Shown here piece after piece: positions 1 through 12,701 of a stretch of 64,000 nucleotides of DNA. The stretch is from assembly GCF_001194135.2 (NCBI RefSeq), contig NC_068996.1, positions 38,878,061 through 38,942,060 on the forward strand, read 5' to 3'. Within the stretch, counting starts at the first letter, position 1. Each line of letters opens with the position of its first letter. Origin of the DNA: Octopus bimaculoides (taxonomy: Eukaryota). Position numbers and translations under genes: made by a program. Under the pieces are notes generated by a model. That model was not told the origin of the DNA. It did no database searches and saw nothing but the letters and a program-made list of their open reading frames with translations.

Positions 1-40
<40 letters not shown>

Positions 41-70
41 TAAAGCAGTAAAGTTTTAAAGTCTGGTCTT

Positions 71-132
71 AGAGTGACCAATCATTTTGCATCCACCAAA
101 GCCACAGCTTTGTGGACAGCTCATCAGACTCT
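71..132 (-). ncRNA. Degenerate type-I hammerhead ribozyme motif in a Penelope pLTR
   Basis: - strand: agagt CTGATGA [gctgtccacaaagc-tgtg-gctttggtggatgc hairpin] AAAA tgattg GTC actct. Stem I is closed; the core GAAA has become AAAA. Confidence 0.6.
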
Positions 133-1084
133 TATACAAAGACAAATTTAATTCTTCATCCCTCGGAGGTGGAAATTTCTTATGGTCAATTGGTCAAAAA
201 GTTATCAGAGAATAAAAGTACCAGCATTGGTGATGATGGGTTATCTCCCCTAGACCAGCCAATTTGGGGAATAAGGATCTATCTCCTTGTTTGTTAACAT
301 ATCGTAAGGTCTCTTATTAGCTTAATCGGTAAACAGGGAGTCCCAATTTTGCAGCAGGTAACACTTGAAATGGGTTTATTGTGTGAATATATTTTGGCAG
401 GTATTCAGCAAGCCAGGTTTAATGGGGTCTTTAAGTATTCTGGTTTGCTCAGTTATGCAGAGCTTGCAGCACCCAGTCCTGTTGGTGGAGGGGCTGAGCT
501 GTTCTAAGATCTTCCACTTGATATCGTATGGGGGATGACTGGTGGTTGCACTGATGGCAGCCTCAACAACACCGGTGACAACAACAACATCCTCAGACTT
601 GGCGCCAACCAGAGATGCACCAGTAATGCAAACACTGCCAGCACCCAAGCCCGTAAATACATTGGATTAGCCAACATGGCTTTCAGGTGATGCTTGTACA
701 ACCACCAGTCATCCTTCAGGGTCCCAGAAAAATGATTCAACACATCCCTGGCCAGCTATGTGTGGCACCTCGAACAGTGAAGGACCCCGTGGAATATTAA
801 GTAGAAGATCTTAGAATGGCTGGGTCCCTACATCAACGGGAGTGAGCACTGCAAGCTCTGCATAGCTGAGCAAGCCAAAATACTTAAAGACTTCATTAGA
901 CCTGGCTCACTGAATACCCACCAAGAAACATTTACATGATGTACCCATTTTGAGCTCTACCTACTGCAAAATTGGGACTCCCCGTTTGCTGATTAAGCTC
1001 ATAAGAGTTCTTACGATCTGTTAGCAGGCCAGGAAATGGATCCCTATTCCCCAAATTGGCTAGTCTAGGGGAAATAACCCATCC

Positions 1085-1096
1085 CCATCCTCATCC

Positions 1097-1129
<33 letters not shown>

Positions 1130-1333
1130 GCATCATCATCATCATCATCGTTTAACGTCCGCTTTCCATGCTAGCATGGGTTGGACGATTTGACTGAGGA
1201 CTGATGAAACCAGATGGCTACACCAGGCTCCAATCTGATTTGGCAGAGTTTCTACAGCTGGATGCCCTTCCTAATGCCAACTACTCCGAGAGTGTAGTGG
1301 GTGCTTTTACGTGCCACCGGCATGAAGGCCACG
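1085..1333 (-). mobile_element. 5'-truncated RTE-LINE 3' end / RTE-tail repeat with (CAT)n tail
   Basis: (CAT)n followed by gtttaacgtccgctttccatgctagcatgggttggacg..gctggatgcccttcc, the reverse complement of the family repeated at 19160, 23630 and 31850. Confidence 0.85.
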
Positions 1334-1422
1334 CCAGAATGTTTATTCTTTGACGACTTTTTGACCAATTGACCATAGCAACTTTCCACCTCTGAGAGAT
1401 GAAGAGTTAAATTTATCTTTGT

Positions 1423-1488
1423 ATAGAGTCTGATGAGCTGTCCACAGAGCTACAGCCTTCATGGATGCAAAACCATTAGTCACTCTAT
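1423..1488 (+). ncRNA. Degenerate type-I hammerhead ribozyme motif in a Penelope pLTR (second arm)
   Basis: atagagt CTGATGA gctgtccac...tggatgc AAAA ccatta GTC actctat; 7-bp stem I (1423-1429 / 1482-1488); GAAA has become AAAA. Confidence 0.6.
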
Positions 1489-2001
1489 GACCAAACATTA
1501 ACAAAAATATAAGAAGTCATTTTTGTACACTATATTCTTATATGCCTTATTTTATCCTCAATATCATTAATTAGGAGTTTCCAAATCTAGTACCCAAGAT
1601 ACACTTTAAGCTTCATACATATCATCACTGGAGCAAGAGGATACATATCAACCTGTCTGGAGCAATGTATGGCTGAACTTGGGATCTTATGGAGAGAACG
1701 CAAATCCTCAATTCATATGCAACAAATGATCATCTGAGATTATAAAATTCTGGGATTATAAAAATCTGCGAAACCTTCTTAAGATTTAAATAACAATGGT
1801 TAAAAGAAGATACTTTCCTTCACAACCTTACTACCAAGTAGGCAGCCAATCAAAATTTACTCTAAGAGTAAAAGAAGAACACACACACATGTATATTGTA
1901 TAATACAAATAAGATTGTAATTTTTTATAATGTAGAAATGCCATTAGAACTTCAAAGATATTGGGTAAATTACCCTTACACAGCAGAAAGATTTGTCAGC
2001 A

Positions 2002-2073
2002 ACCTGCCATGGGACTCGAACCCACATCCCCCAAAGACTGCAGCTGAGTGCTTTACCATTAAGCTAAACTGCC
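2002..2073 (-). pseudogene. tRNA-Cys(GCA)-like pseudogene or solo SINE head
   Basis: 72 nt on the - strand: A box TAGCTTAATGG, perfect D stem GCTT/AAGC, loop CT-GCA-GT, T arm GTGGG-TTCGAGT-CCCAT; acceptor and anticodon stems pair poorly. Confidence 0.55.
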
Positions 2074-3039
2074 TGCAACAAATCTATCTGCAAATTTAGA
2101 TACTATAAAAATGACTACAAATGAGAAACAACTAAAGACACAGCTAAAGACAGTACATAAATTAACTAGAAGTAATAGGAAATTCAGGTTTAAAACACGC
2201 GACAATGTAACCAAGAAATATAGAAAGTTAAAAACAATTACTATCATCTATTATGATAAAAGCATAATTCTGTCTGTCTGGGACCCCTGTATCTCAGTCT
2301 ACATTTACTCTACATAGACATATTATACCATTTTGGAATTAGGATGATCTCAAGATTGAAAATCTGCCCTTCATTTGGTTCTTGAACATTCAGCATTGGG
2401 ATCTGATTTAAAAGCATTTGGGTGGCTATTTCTAGCAGGTAAGGCTTGGCTGATTCATGCCATCTTGATGTCAGAGATCAAGGGGGAGATAAATGACATT
2501 TGCTTCATTAATTTTATGTTGAAATAAGAACTTTAGAACAAATTCAACTTGGGACTGGAACAATAAAATGATCACATTACAGAATTAAATCCCATCTATC
2601 TTTAACTTCTGATCAAACACCATTGGGGCATGTGATCATTTCAGATGTATTATAGTCATACTTTTTAGCTCTCTTTAGTTTTGGGCTATAAGTCCAATTA
2701 GCCCTCTCTCTGCAGGAGCAAGCTTAAAAGTGCATATGGAGTGTGGCTTTTAAGTTAGTGTTAGATAAAGAAACAATTTTACGAAAATTTCATGAAATAC
2801 ATTTTTACAAATACATAGGGAGTTCAAAACTAGACAGAGTATAGCACCTAAATGAAAGAAAATGTTTACAAGGAATGTTATATAGGATATATCAAAAATG
2901 CACAAAAATGCATTGTTTATTGACTTAGAATAAGATTAATGGTTAAATGCTTAAATGGATAAATTTGTATTTACAAATGTTTAAAAATGATAACCACTAC
3001 TTTACAAATACAGTCATTAACATGGACTAATTGATTCAA

Positions 3040-4035
3040 CAGCATTACAGATCATTTCATTTGGAACTGTGGGACATTGTTATTCAATTTTCTTTTTCAA
3101 CTCTTCAGCTATTGCTGGTTTTGAACCATAAACCTTATCTTGAAGTATCCCCATAAAAAGAAGTCCATTGGAGTGAGGTCTAGGGAATGCTCAGGGAATT
3201 CAACACTGCCTCTTTTCCCAATCCATCTGTTTGGAAAAGTTGCATCAAGATAGGCCCTTATATTATGATGGTAGTGGATAGATGCTCCATCTTGTTGAAA
3301 ATAAAACTTTTCATCATCAAAGATCTCTTCAACATGTGAAATGAAGGATCCTTGCAGCAAGCATAGGTAAATATCCCCAGTGACAGTTTGGTCAAAGAAG
3401 GATGGCCCTAGAACTGTAACCCCTGGTAAATTCAAACGGTGTTCCATAGTAACGTGCAGATTCTCAGGAGCCCAATAGTTGCAATTGTACTGGTTAATTG
3501 AGTCATTTAAGTTAAAGCTGGCCTCATCACTCCAAACGATTATGGATGGAAAGGCTCTGTCTTTCTTGCATTTGTCTAAATACCACTCACAAAATTCAGC
3601 TCTCCGGTCAAGATTTTATTCATTTAGAGTGTGGATTAATGTTGGAATGTAACATTTTCAATGAACTTGCTTCAAAATGCAATGGGCACTTAATTTTGGG
3701 ATTCCTGTCTCATGAGCCATTTGTCATACAGATTCCTGTGGGGATTGGTGACGAGCTTTCAACAATTGTTTGTTCCTTTGCAGGACTGGCTGGTGACTAT
3801 GGTCTTCCTGAATACTCCTTACAGACATCATTCAGGGTTCCATCTGATTCAAACTTATCTCAGATGCAAGCCAAGGTGCATTGCATTGGTAGATATTTGT
3901 GGAAATGTCTTCTAAATTGTCTTTGCAGTGCTATGATGTTTTCATGGTTTCAATAGTACTTTATGATAAATTTTCTTTCTTCAAAACTTGGTCATACTTC
4001 TGCCATCATTTGAGTCTATTTGATCTGAAAAGAAA
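3040..4035 (-). mobile_element. Tc1/mariner-superfamily transposase pseudogene
   Basis: ORF 3109-3447 contains [42 protein letters not shown]; an upstream degraded N-terminus (FEERKFII..QRQF..SGRP..) carries stops and frameshifts. Confidence 0.88.
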
Positions 4036-4049
4036 TGAAAATTCGATGA

Positions 4050-4440
4050 GTTGTGGGGTGTCAGTGTGAGTAAAATTTTTGGAGGTCACCCTGTAGATTC
4101 AGAAGTGAAAGAAAGGGTTAGAAAGGAATATTACAAGCACATTAGATTGATACTTAAAACAGAGCTGAGTGCTAAAAATAAAGTAATTGGCATTAATACA
4201 CTAGGAGTCTCAGTAATAATCCATGACAATAATAATATCACCTTCAAACTAAATGGGTTAGCAAAGTAGACGCAAAAGCAAGAAAAATATTGACTACTTA
4301 TTGGATGCACCACACAAAATCCAACACAGAAAGGTTGTATTTATTAGAAACAAAGAAAGGTAGGTGCATTCTGCAATGAAAAAGTTGTTATGAAAAACTA
4401 TAGTGGAACTACAAAAATATCTTGCAAAGAGTATTAGAAA
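4050..4440 (+). mobile_element. Non-LTR retrotransposon RT C-terminal fragment (R4/Dong-like clade)
   Basis: RVRKEYYKHIRLILKTELSAKNKVIGINT then KARKILTTYWMHHTKSNTERLY, resembling the R4-type LDRKTRKLLT..HPKADVDRLY motif. Confidence 0.65.
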
Positions 4441-4459
4441 ACTAATACAAACAGACATA

Positions 4460-4617
4460 GGAGTGGCTGTGTGGTAAGAAGCTTGCTTCCCAACTGCATG
4501 GTTCTGGGTTCAGTCCCACTGCATGGCACCTTGGGCAAGAGTCTTCTACTATGGCCTTGGGCCGACCAAAGCCTTGTGAGTGGATTTTAGTAGATGGAAA
4601 CTGAAAGAAGCCCGTTG

Positions 4618-4648
<31 letters not shown>

Positions 4649-4872
4649 GTATGTGTGTGTATATGTTTGTGTGTCTGTGTTTGTCCCCCCAACATCACTT
4701 AACAACCGATGCTGGTGTGTTTACATCCCCGTAACTTAATGGTTTGGCAAAAGAGACCGATAGAATAAGTACTAGGCATACAAAGAATAAGTCCTGGGGT
4801 CGATTTGCTCGACTAAAGGCAGTGCTCCAGCATGGCCAAAGTTAAATGGCTGAAACAATAAAAGAGTAAAAG
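4460..4872 (+). mobile_element. tRNA-derived SINE (ggagtggctgtgtggtaag.. family) with internal (TA)n
   Basis: A/B-box-like head (tggctgtgtgg / ggttcagtccc). The same family recurs at about 6580-7350, 8270-8420, 15330-15500, 18617-18770, 20150-20620, 25990-26100, 34570-34935 and 43210-43500. Confidence 0.85.
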
Positions 4873-5679
4873 AGTACAGATATCCACAAAAGCCCAACAC
4901 CAATAAGAAATGTCTTTTTCTGATTTTGAGGAAGCCAACAAATACATAATAGAAGTTGAAGAAACAGACAACTATAAGAAGAATGAAAGGAAAAAAGATA
5001 GAAATTATGGCAGAGCAATGAAACAGTAGAAAATTACAAATATCTTTCAAACCGTTTTCCAGTGTATGCAAAAGGAACTGGATATAATGACAGAAGCTCT
5101 ATACTATTTGGTTAATTAAGTTCCATTTTAAAGCTACAATTATGATGTTTTCAAATTTTGGCACAAGGCCAGCAATTTCAAGGTAGGGGCTAAATAGATT
5201 ACATTGACTCCAGTGCTTAACTGGTACTTTACTTCACTGACCCTGAAAGGATGAAAGGTAAATTCACCAGAGGAGGAATTGGAACTCAGAACATATGGAA
5301 GGATGAAACATTGCTTAGCATTTTGCCCAGCATGCTAATGGTTCTGCCAGATCACTGCCTTCTTACAGCTATGGGTATAATACTTAGATACATCGTCAGA
5401 GATGTATCCTCAGGTTACCAGGTGTTTTGCGTCTTACAGCAAACATCCACATCAAGACAACCCAACCTAGGTCTGATTAAACCTAGGTCTGTCTCCAAGT
5501 GGTATTTTGCTAACCTTCATATTGTTCTTGATGACAATTCTTCTGTTCATTCTTAGAATCGATTAGGATATTCTAAAGACAACTACAAGAGAAATACTTT
5601 TACATCAAGCGATATTGGACAGCAGGATGATGAGCAAAAGCTGAGGGGATTTGTTATAGGTACAGAAAATGATAACAGT

Positions 5680-6000
5680 GACAGCAATAGCAACGGTGAT
5701 GATGATGATGATGATGATGATGACGACGACAATGACAATGATGACGACGACGACGATCATGATGACAATGACGATGATGACAACAATGACGATGACGACG
5801 ATGATGACGATGATGACAACAATGATGACGACGACGATGATGACGATGATGATGATGGTCGCGGTGATGGTGGTGGTGGTTGCAGTGATGATGATAATGG
5901 TGATGATGATGATGACGACAATGATGATGACAATGATGATGACAATGATAATGATGATGGTTGTGAGGGTGTTGACGATAAAGATGGCAATAATGATAAT
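5680..6000. repeat. Compound (GAT/GAC/GGT)n trinucleotide microsatellite
   Basis: Visible tandem trinucleotides; explains the low-complexity ORFs at 5605-6019. Confidence 0.95.
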
Positions 6001-6739
6001 TGTTAATAGCATAGTTTAAAATTGCAATATTTTTACATCCGACATAACTCAGAAACTTTAAAAATAAATCAATGAAATAAAAAAAAATGCAAGCAAGAAG
6101 TAGATGTTAATTAAAACAATGATTTATTGATATCATCAGTTTGACATGTTAACAAAGATTTTTGTGTGAAAGTAATATTTAGAATTTGCTCTCTAATCAG
6201 ATTTATTCCAAATATTATGGTGATGTGAAGGAAGTTGACTTATATTAAATTCATTATCAACTGGATCCAATATTAACTTTACAAGAACTTTTCTTTTCCT
6301 TTTGTTTTTTATTTTTTCTAATAAAGAATCATAAAAGATATGTAACAGCTGAGTATATATCAAGATAACTAGTTTATTAGCTTCTTTCCATTCAAATTGC
6401 AATTTGTTTTGTTATTATTGGTGTAAGTTGGCATGATTTACATGTATTTCTATGTTTTTTGTGTGAATTTGTGTGTAAATAAACATATACATTCACTCAC
6501 TAGCACTCCGTCAGTTACAATGACAAGGGTTCTAGTTGATACAATCAACAGAACAGCCTGCTCGTGAAATTAACGTGCAGGAGTGGCTGTGTGCTAAGTA
6601 AGCTTGCTTACCAACCACATGGTTCTGGGTTCAATCCCACTGTGTGGCAGCTTGGGCAAGTGTCTTCTGCTATATATAGCCTTGGGCCAACCAAAACCTT
6701 GTGAGTGAATTTGGTAGATGGAAACTGAAAAAAAGCCTG

Positions 6740-6779
<40 letters not shown>

Positions 6780-6853
6780 TCATCATCATCATCATCATCA
6801 TTTAACGTCAGCTTTCCATGCTAGCATGGGTTGGACTGATATATACACACACA

Positions 6854-7177
6854 NNNNNNNNNNNNNNNNNNNNNNNNNNNNNNNNNNNNNNNNNNNNNNN
6901 NNNNNNNNNNNNNNNNNNNNNNNNNNNNNNNNNNNNNNNNNNNNNNNNNNNNNNNNNNNNNNNNNNNNNNNNNNNNNNNNNNNNNNNNNNNNNNNNNNNN
7001 NNNNNNNNNNNNNNNNNNNNNNNNNNNNNNNNNNNNNNNNNNNNNNNNNNNNNNNNNNNNNNNNNNNNNNNNNNNNNNNNNNNNNNNNNNNNNNNNNNNN
7101 NNNNNNNNNNNNNNNNNNNNNNNNNNNNNNNNNNNNNNNNNNNNNNNNNNNNNNNNNNNNNNNNNNNNNNNNNNNNG
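6854..7177. other. Assembly gap (others: 11838-12670, 16130-16139, 31465-31517, 52255-52497, 58536-59350)
   Basis: Runs of N; the long X-rich ORFs in the track are artefacts of these gaps. Confidence 1.
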
Positions 7178-7674
7178 ATGTTTTTACGTCACTGTAACTT
7201 AACAGTTCAGCAAAAGAGACCGATAAACTAAGTACTAGGCTTACAAAGAATAAGTTCGGGGATCGATTTGCTTGACTAATAGGCAGTGCTCCAGCATGGC
7301 CACAGTCAAATGACTGAAACAAGTAATAGAAGAAAAAAGATGAAAAGAATAAATAACTGAGCACTCCACAGACACGTGTACCCTTAACGTAGTTCTCAGG
7401 GAGATTCAGTGTGACACAGAGTGTGACAAGGCTGGCCCTTTGAAATACAGGTACCACTCATTTTTGCCAGCTGAGTGAACTGGAGTAACGTGAAATAAAG
7501 TGTCTTGCTCAAGAACACAACGTGTAGTACTAGACAGACCGAGCCTCAACAGGTAACACGAATGGAACAACAACACCCCCTGCACCACACTACAAAACAT
7601 GACAACTAAAGACAGAATAAGATATAAAATAAAGACAAATACAAACTATATAATATATAAACCCATATAGCTTT

Positions 7675-7713
<39 letters not shown>

Positions 7714-7829
7714 TTGCAATAAGTATAAAGATAGAGAATATGGGGAGTGACACATCCTCAAAATTTATTTCCTTTCATTGTACTGTATGGCATACAGCAT
7801 ATTTTTATGGTTATGATGACCTACATGTG

Positions 7830-8066
7830 TTTCTTATTTCTTTACTGCCCACAGGGGGCTACACACAGAGGGGACAAACAAGGACAGACAAATGGATTAA
7901 ATCGATTACATCGACCCAGTGTGTAACTGGTACTTAATTTATCGACCCCGAAAGGATGAAAGGCAAAGTCGACCTCGGCGGAATTTGAACTCAGAACATA
8001 ACGGCAGACGAAATACCGCTAAGCATTTCGCCCGGCATGCTAACATTTCTGCCAGCTCGCCGCCTT
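7830..8066 (-). mobile_element. tRNA-derived SINE (aaggcggcgagctggcagaa.. family)
   Basis: A box GAGCTGGCAGA and B box GAGTTCAAATTCC. Further copies at about 5150-5360(-), 24790-25010(-), 35060-35275(+), 41825-42062(-) and the cluster at 59395-60960(+). Confidence 0.85.
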
Positions 8067-8423
8067 GACCTACACATGTCTCTACTGCATAGAGTATGAG
8101 CAGTTGTATATGCAACCAGGCATAATATTTTGTGCAGCTTCATTCATGGTCTCTCAACCAGTATGGCTTGAAGTGAACTCAACCTGGTTGAAAGACCCTG
8201 AATGAAAGCAGCACAGAAAATCATGCCTGGTTGCATACTCATACTCTGGGCAGCAGAAATATGTGGAAAGGCAACTGTATAAGAAGCCTGGTTCCTAAAG
8301 ACATGGATTTGGGGTTCAGTCCCACTGCAGGGCACTTTAGACTAGTGTGTTTCATTATAGCCAAGGACTGGCTAAAGCCTTCTGAGTGGATTTGATAGAT
8401 GGAAACTGAAAAAAGCCTGTCAA

Positions 8424-8460
<37 letters not shown>

Positions 8461-8610
8461 CGTGTGTATGCATGTATGTGTGTATGTATGCATTTATGTG
8501 TCTATGTGTGTATGTATGTATATGCATATGTATGTGTGTATGTTTACTGTCTTGCTAAGGTTTTGGACCTAGAAATTAGAAGGAAATGAAAGTGTCATGA
8601 TGATCATGCG

Positions 8611-8661
<51 letters not shown>

Positions 8662-8714
8662 GTATATGCAAATGGTCTCATGATCTGCAATACTAACTTC
8701 AAATAACCACCCAG

Positions 8715-11700
8715 ACCACCCACCGAGATAGATGGATGCTTAAAAATGCAAAGTCTTTCCCAGGTGAAGAGTGTACAACCCAACATCGGTTACTAGCTAG
8801 TGACTTCAGAATTAGAGCTAGAAAGACCCGGAGAAATAAACCAATATGGAAAAGAAAACTATGGAAGCTCAAAGACCCAGTAAACAGACAAAAGTTTAGA
8901 GATTTGCTAATGAAGCTTCTGATGGAAGAGAGGAACAGTTAGGGACATATAGCTTAGAGAACAACTGGAAGTTCTTCAGGGACAATCTACTGAAATCTAC
9001 AAATGAAATCTGTGGTTTGTGCAGAGTCCCAGCTAGACCAAAGGTGACATGGTGATGGGGCGAGTAGGTTGACAGTGTTATAAAAGCAAAGAGATAGACC
9101 TGGAAAGAATGGAAAAATGGTAGAAGCAGAGAATTATATCAGGTAGCCAAAAGGGCAGCTAGGCATCAGGTATACATAGCAAAAGGAGTTGCTGAAGGTA
9201 AGAGATTTGCTAATGTCCTATGTGAGAATCAGAAGTGTGAAGTGTTCAGGATTGCAAAGCAGTGTATCAGAGAAAAAAGAGATGTAGTAGGTGAGAAATG
9301 TGCATGAATGGATAATGGTATGCGTACACTTAGTGACTCAGAAAAGAAAGATGCATAGAAATGTCACTATGAACGGTTACTAAATGTGGAAAATGAATGG
9401 GAGAATAAGAGTTTATCAAATATCAAACCAGTCAAGGGACCAGTCGAGGGACCAGTCGAGGGACCAGTCGAGGGACCAGTCGAGGGACCAGTCGAGGGAC
9501 CAACCATCACAGTTGATAACAGCGTAATAGATAAGGCAATTAAGGACATGAAGACAGGGACAGCCCTTGGGCCATCAGGAATCACTGCTGAGACGATTTA
9601 AATTTCCGGTGGGTAAGATACAGCTTAGTCACCTATATAGCTAATCAGGTTATTCAGGAAGGCATCATCCCCAACAACTGGTGTAGTAGCATTATTGTTA
9701 GCTGCTATACAGGTAAAGGTGATGCCTTAGATAGAAACAACTACAGAGGTGTTAAACTGTTAGACCAAGTCATGAAAATTACTGAGAGGGCTATAGCTCA
9801 ATTGATTAGAAATAGAATTAAACTAGATGAGATGCAGTTTGGTTTTGTGCCTGGGAAGAGCATCATAGATGCCTAGTGAGACAGCTGCAGGAAAAGTACT
9901 AGGTCAAAAGTAAGCCATTGTACTTAGCCTTCATCAACCTGGAGAAAGCTTTCACCAGAGTTCCCCGCTCTGTTATATGGTGGTCTCTAAGGATGTTAGG
10001 AGTAAAGGAGTGGTTTGTTAGAGCTGTCCAAGCTATGTTCAGTGGTGCTGTCAGTAAGGTGAGAGTCGGCCTTGAATACAGTGATTAATTTAGCGTTCAG
10101 GTAGGGATTCACCAGGGCTCAGTTCTCAGCCCACTCTTATTCATTATATTCCTCCAGGCCATAATAGAGGAATTCAAAATTGGGTGTCCATGGGAACTAC
10201 TATATGCTGATGAACTTGCTCTTATTGCAGAGTCTTCAGCAGAATTGGAGAAGAAATTCCTGGTATGGAAACAAATCCTGGGCCTTAAAGTTAACCTAAC
10301 TAAGACAAAAAGTGGTTGTTAGTAAGAAAGAAGATAAAATTTTCTTTCTGTCAGGTAAATAGCCCTGCTCCATACGTAGGAAAGGCGTTGGAGGAAATTC
10401 CATTCACTGCACTCAGTGTAAACTATGGACACATAAGAGGTACAGTGGAATCACAGGTAGATTAACAGATAAAGTTGTCTTTGTATGTGGCAGATGTGCA
10501 GGAACAAAAAGCACGAAGAGCACACTGGACTGAGATCCTCTCAAATTCCCAGGAGGCTCTCTTGAGGTTGTAGAAAGTTTGTTACCTAGGTGACCAAATT
10601 AGCAATGGTGGAGGATGTTCTGAAAGTATTGTTTCTAGAATAAGAATTGGTTGGAGGAAGTTCAGAGAACTATTGCTTCTGTTGGTAACAAAAGGACTCT
10701 CACTCATAGTGAAAGGTAGACTGTATGATGCTTTGTGCAAATAGCTATACTCCATTGTAGTGAGACATGGGCTCTGAATGCAGAAGACAGGCATAGACTG
10801 GAGGGAAACAAAGATAGTATGCTCCATTGGATGTGCAACAAAGTGCAAATGTGCTGAGAGAAAAGTTGGGCATAAGAGGAATCAGATGCAGCATGCAAGA
10901 GAGAAGACTTCATTGGTTTGGACATGTGATGCGTATGAATGAGGACAGCTGCATAAAGTGCTGATCACTGAAAGTGGATGGTGCCTGTACAAGAGGGAGA
11001 CCCAAGAAGACATGGGATAAAGTGGTAAGGACTGATCTCAAGAAGTTGGACCTCTTGGAGGGAATGACAATGGACTGAGATGCCTGGTGATATGAAGTTC
11101 TTGAGAAGACCTGTCCACATCAGTGAAACTGAGTTCTAGAAGTACTGTGTATCCCACCCACACTTAACAAGAAATCTTCTCACACACTCTACCCCAACAA
11201 ACCCAACTACATCTCTATGTCTCTTCTCTTCCTCACATTTCCGCTTCATGCACTATGCTTACCGCCCACTTCCTAATCCTGTCCTCTTGGCCCTGTACCA
11301 CTGTATCATTGCTCTCCACTTGTCCCTGACCTGTGTTCTACCCACATGCTTTGTCTCACTCTATTATTGCTATCTGCAAGTCTCAGACCTGGGTATTCCA
11401 TCCACACGTAACAAGTAAACTTTCCCTCACCCTATTCCAAGAAACCAATTTACATCTCTTCTTTTTCTCGTATTTCCTCCTTCATTCATTATACCTAGCT
11501 CTCACTCCCCAATCGTGCCCTCACAACTGTTCCTCTGTATCATTGCTATCCAGTAGCCCCTCCAACTAATTGTATACCCAGGTCCTTTGCCACTTACTCA
11601 CACTCTTTAATCACACTCCCTTCACAATATCCTGCCACTTATAATATGGCAGTTGAACCTCAAGAGTATGCCCTGGCACCTGCCACTATCTATATCTCTC

Positions 11701-11786
11701 ACTTCCTTTATTCAACCATCTCATTTATACTCTGATCCCCATTCCTTGTGAGCATGCCTGGCATTTTGCCACCATCTCTATCCTGT

Positions 11787-11790
<4 letters not shown>
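8715..11790 (+). mobile_element. RTE-clade LINE, 5'-truncated, degraded RT ORF plus 3' UTR
   Basis: Translated pieces QHRLLASDF, GKGDALDRNNYRGVKLL..DEMQFGFVPG, NLEKAF, GIHQGSVLSPLLF, LLYADELAL, RLHWFGHV and RGRPKKTW, with multiple stops. Confidence 0.93.
9428..9502 (+). repeat. 12-bp tandem repeat (ccagtcgaggga) x6 inside the RTE ORF
   Basis: One imperfect plus five perfect units; in-frame PVKG(PVEG)5P. Confidence 0.95.
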
Positions 11791-11837
<47 letters not shown>

Positions 11838-12670
11838 NNNNNNNNNNNNNNNNNNNNNNNNNNNNNNNNNNNNNNNNNNNNNNNNNNNNNNNNNNNNNNN
11901 NNNNNNNNNNNNNNNNNNNNNNNNNNNNNNNNNNNNNNNNNNNNNNNNNNNNNNNNNNNNNNNNNNNNNNNNNNNNNNNNNNNNNNNNNNNNNNNNNNNN
12001 NNNNNNNNNNNNNNNNNNNNNNNNNNNNNNNNNNNNNNNNNNNNNNNNNNNNNNNNNNNNNNNNNNNNNNNNNNNNNNNNNNNNNNNNNNNNNNNNNNNN
12101 NNNNNNNNNNNNNNNNNNNNNNNNNNNNNNNNNNNNNNNNNNNNNNNNNNNNNNNNNNNNNNNNNNNNNNNNNNNNNNNNNNNNNNNNNNNNNNNNNNNN
12201 NNNNNNNNNNNNNNNNNNNNNNNNNNNNNNNNNNNNNNNNNNNNNNNNNNNNNNNNNNNNNNNNNNNNNNNNNNNNNNNNNNNNNNNNNNNNNNNNNNNN
12301 NNNNNNNNNNNNNNNNNNNNNNNNNNNNNNNNNNNNNNNNNNNNNNNNNNNNNNNNNNNNNNNNNNNNNNNNNNNNNNNNNNNNNNNNNNNNNNNNNNNN
12401 NNNNNNNNNNNNNNNNNNNNNNNNNNNNNNNNNNNNNNNNNNNNNNNNNNNNNNNNNNNNNNNNNNNNNNNNNNNNNNNNNNNNNNNNNNNNNNNNNNNN
12501 NNNNNNNNNNNNNNNNNNNNNNNNNNNNNNNNNNNNNNNNNNNNNNNNNNNNNNNNNNNNNNNNNNNNNNNNNNNNNNNNNNNNNNNNNNNNNNNNNNNN
12601 NNNNNNNNNNNNNNNNNNNNNNNNNNNNNNNNNNNNNNNNNNNNNNNNNNNNNNNNNNNNNNNNNNNNNN

Positions 12671-12701
<31 letters not shown>

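Larger units (their letters stand above)
61..1500. mobile_element. Penelope-like element (GIY-YIG endonuclease remnant) arranged as two diverged inverted arms
   Basis: + strand 650-980 reads KYIGLANMAFR*CLYNHQSSF...KILEWLGPYINGSEHCKLCIAEQAKIL...LLQNWDSP. The - strand from about 535 to 61 is a diverged inverted copy of the 3' part (KWKILEQ..CKLCITEQTRIL..LLQNWDS). The right arm is interrupted by an RTE-tail insertion. Confidence 0.85.

Noticed and set aside
5605-6019. Poly-Met/Thr, poly-Ile and poly-Ser ORFs of 77-135 aa
   Set aside because: They are translations of a (GAT/GAC)n microsatellite; no splice or homology support.
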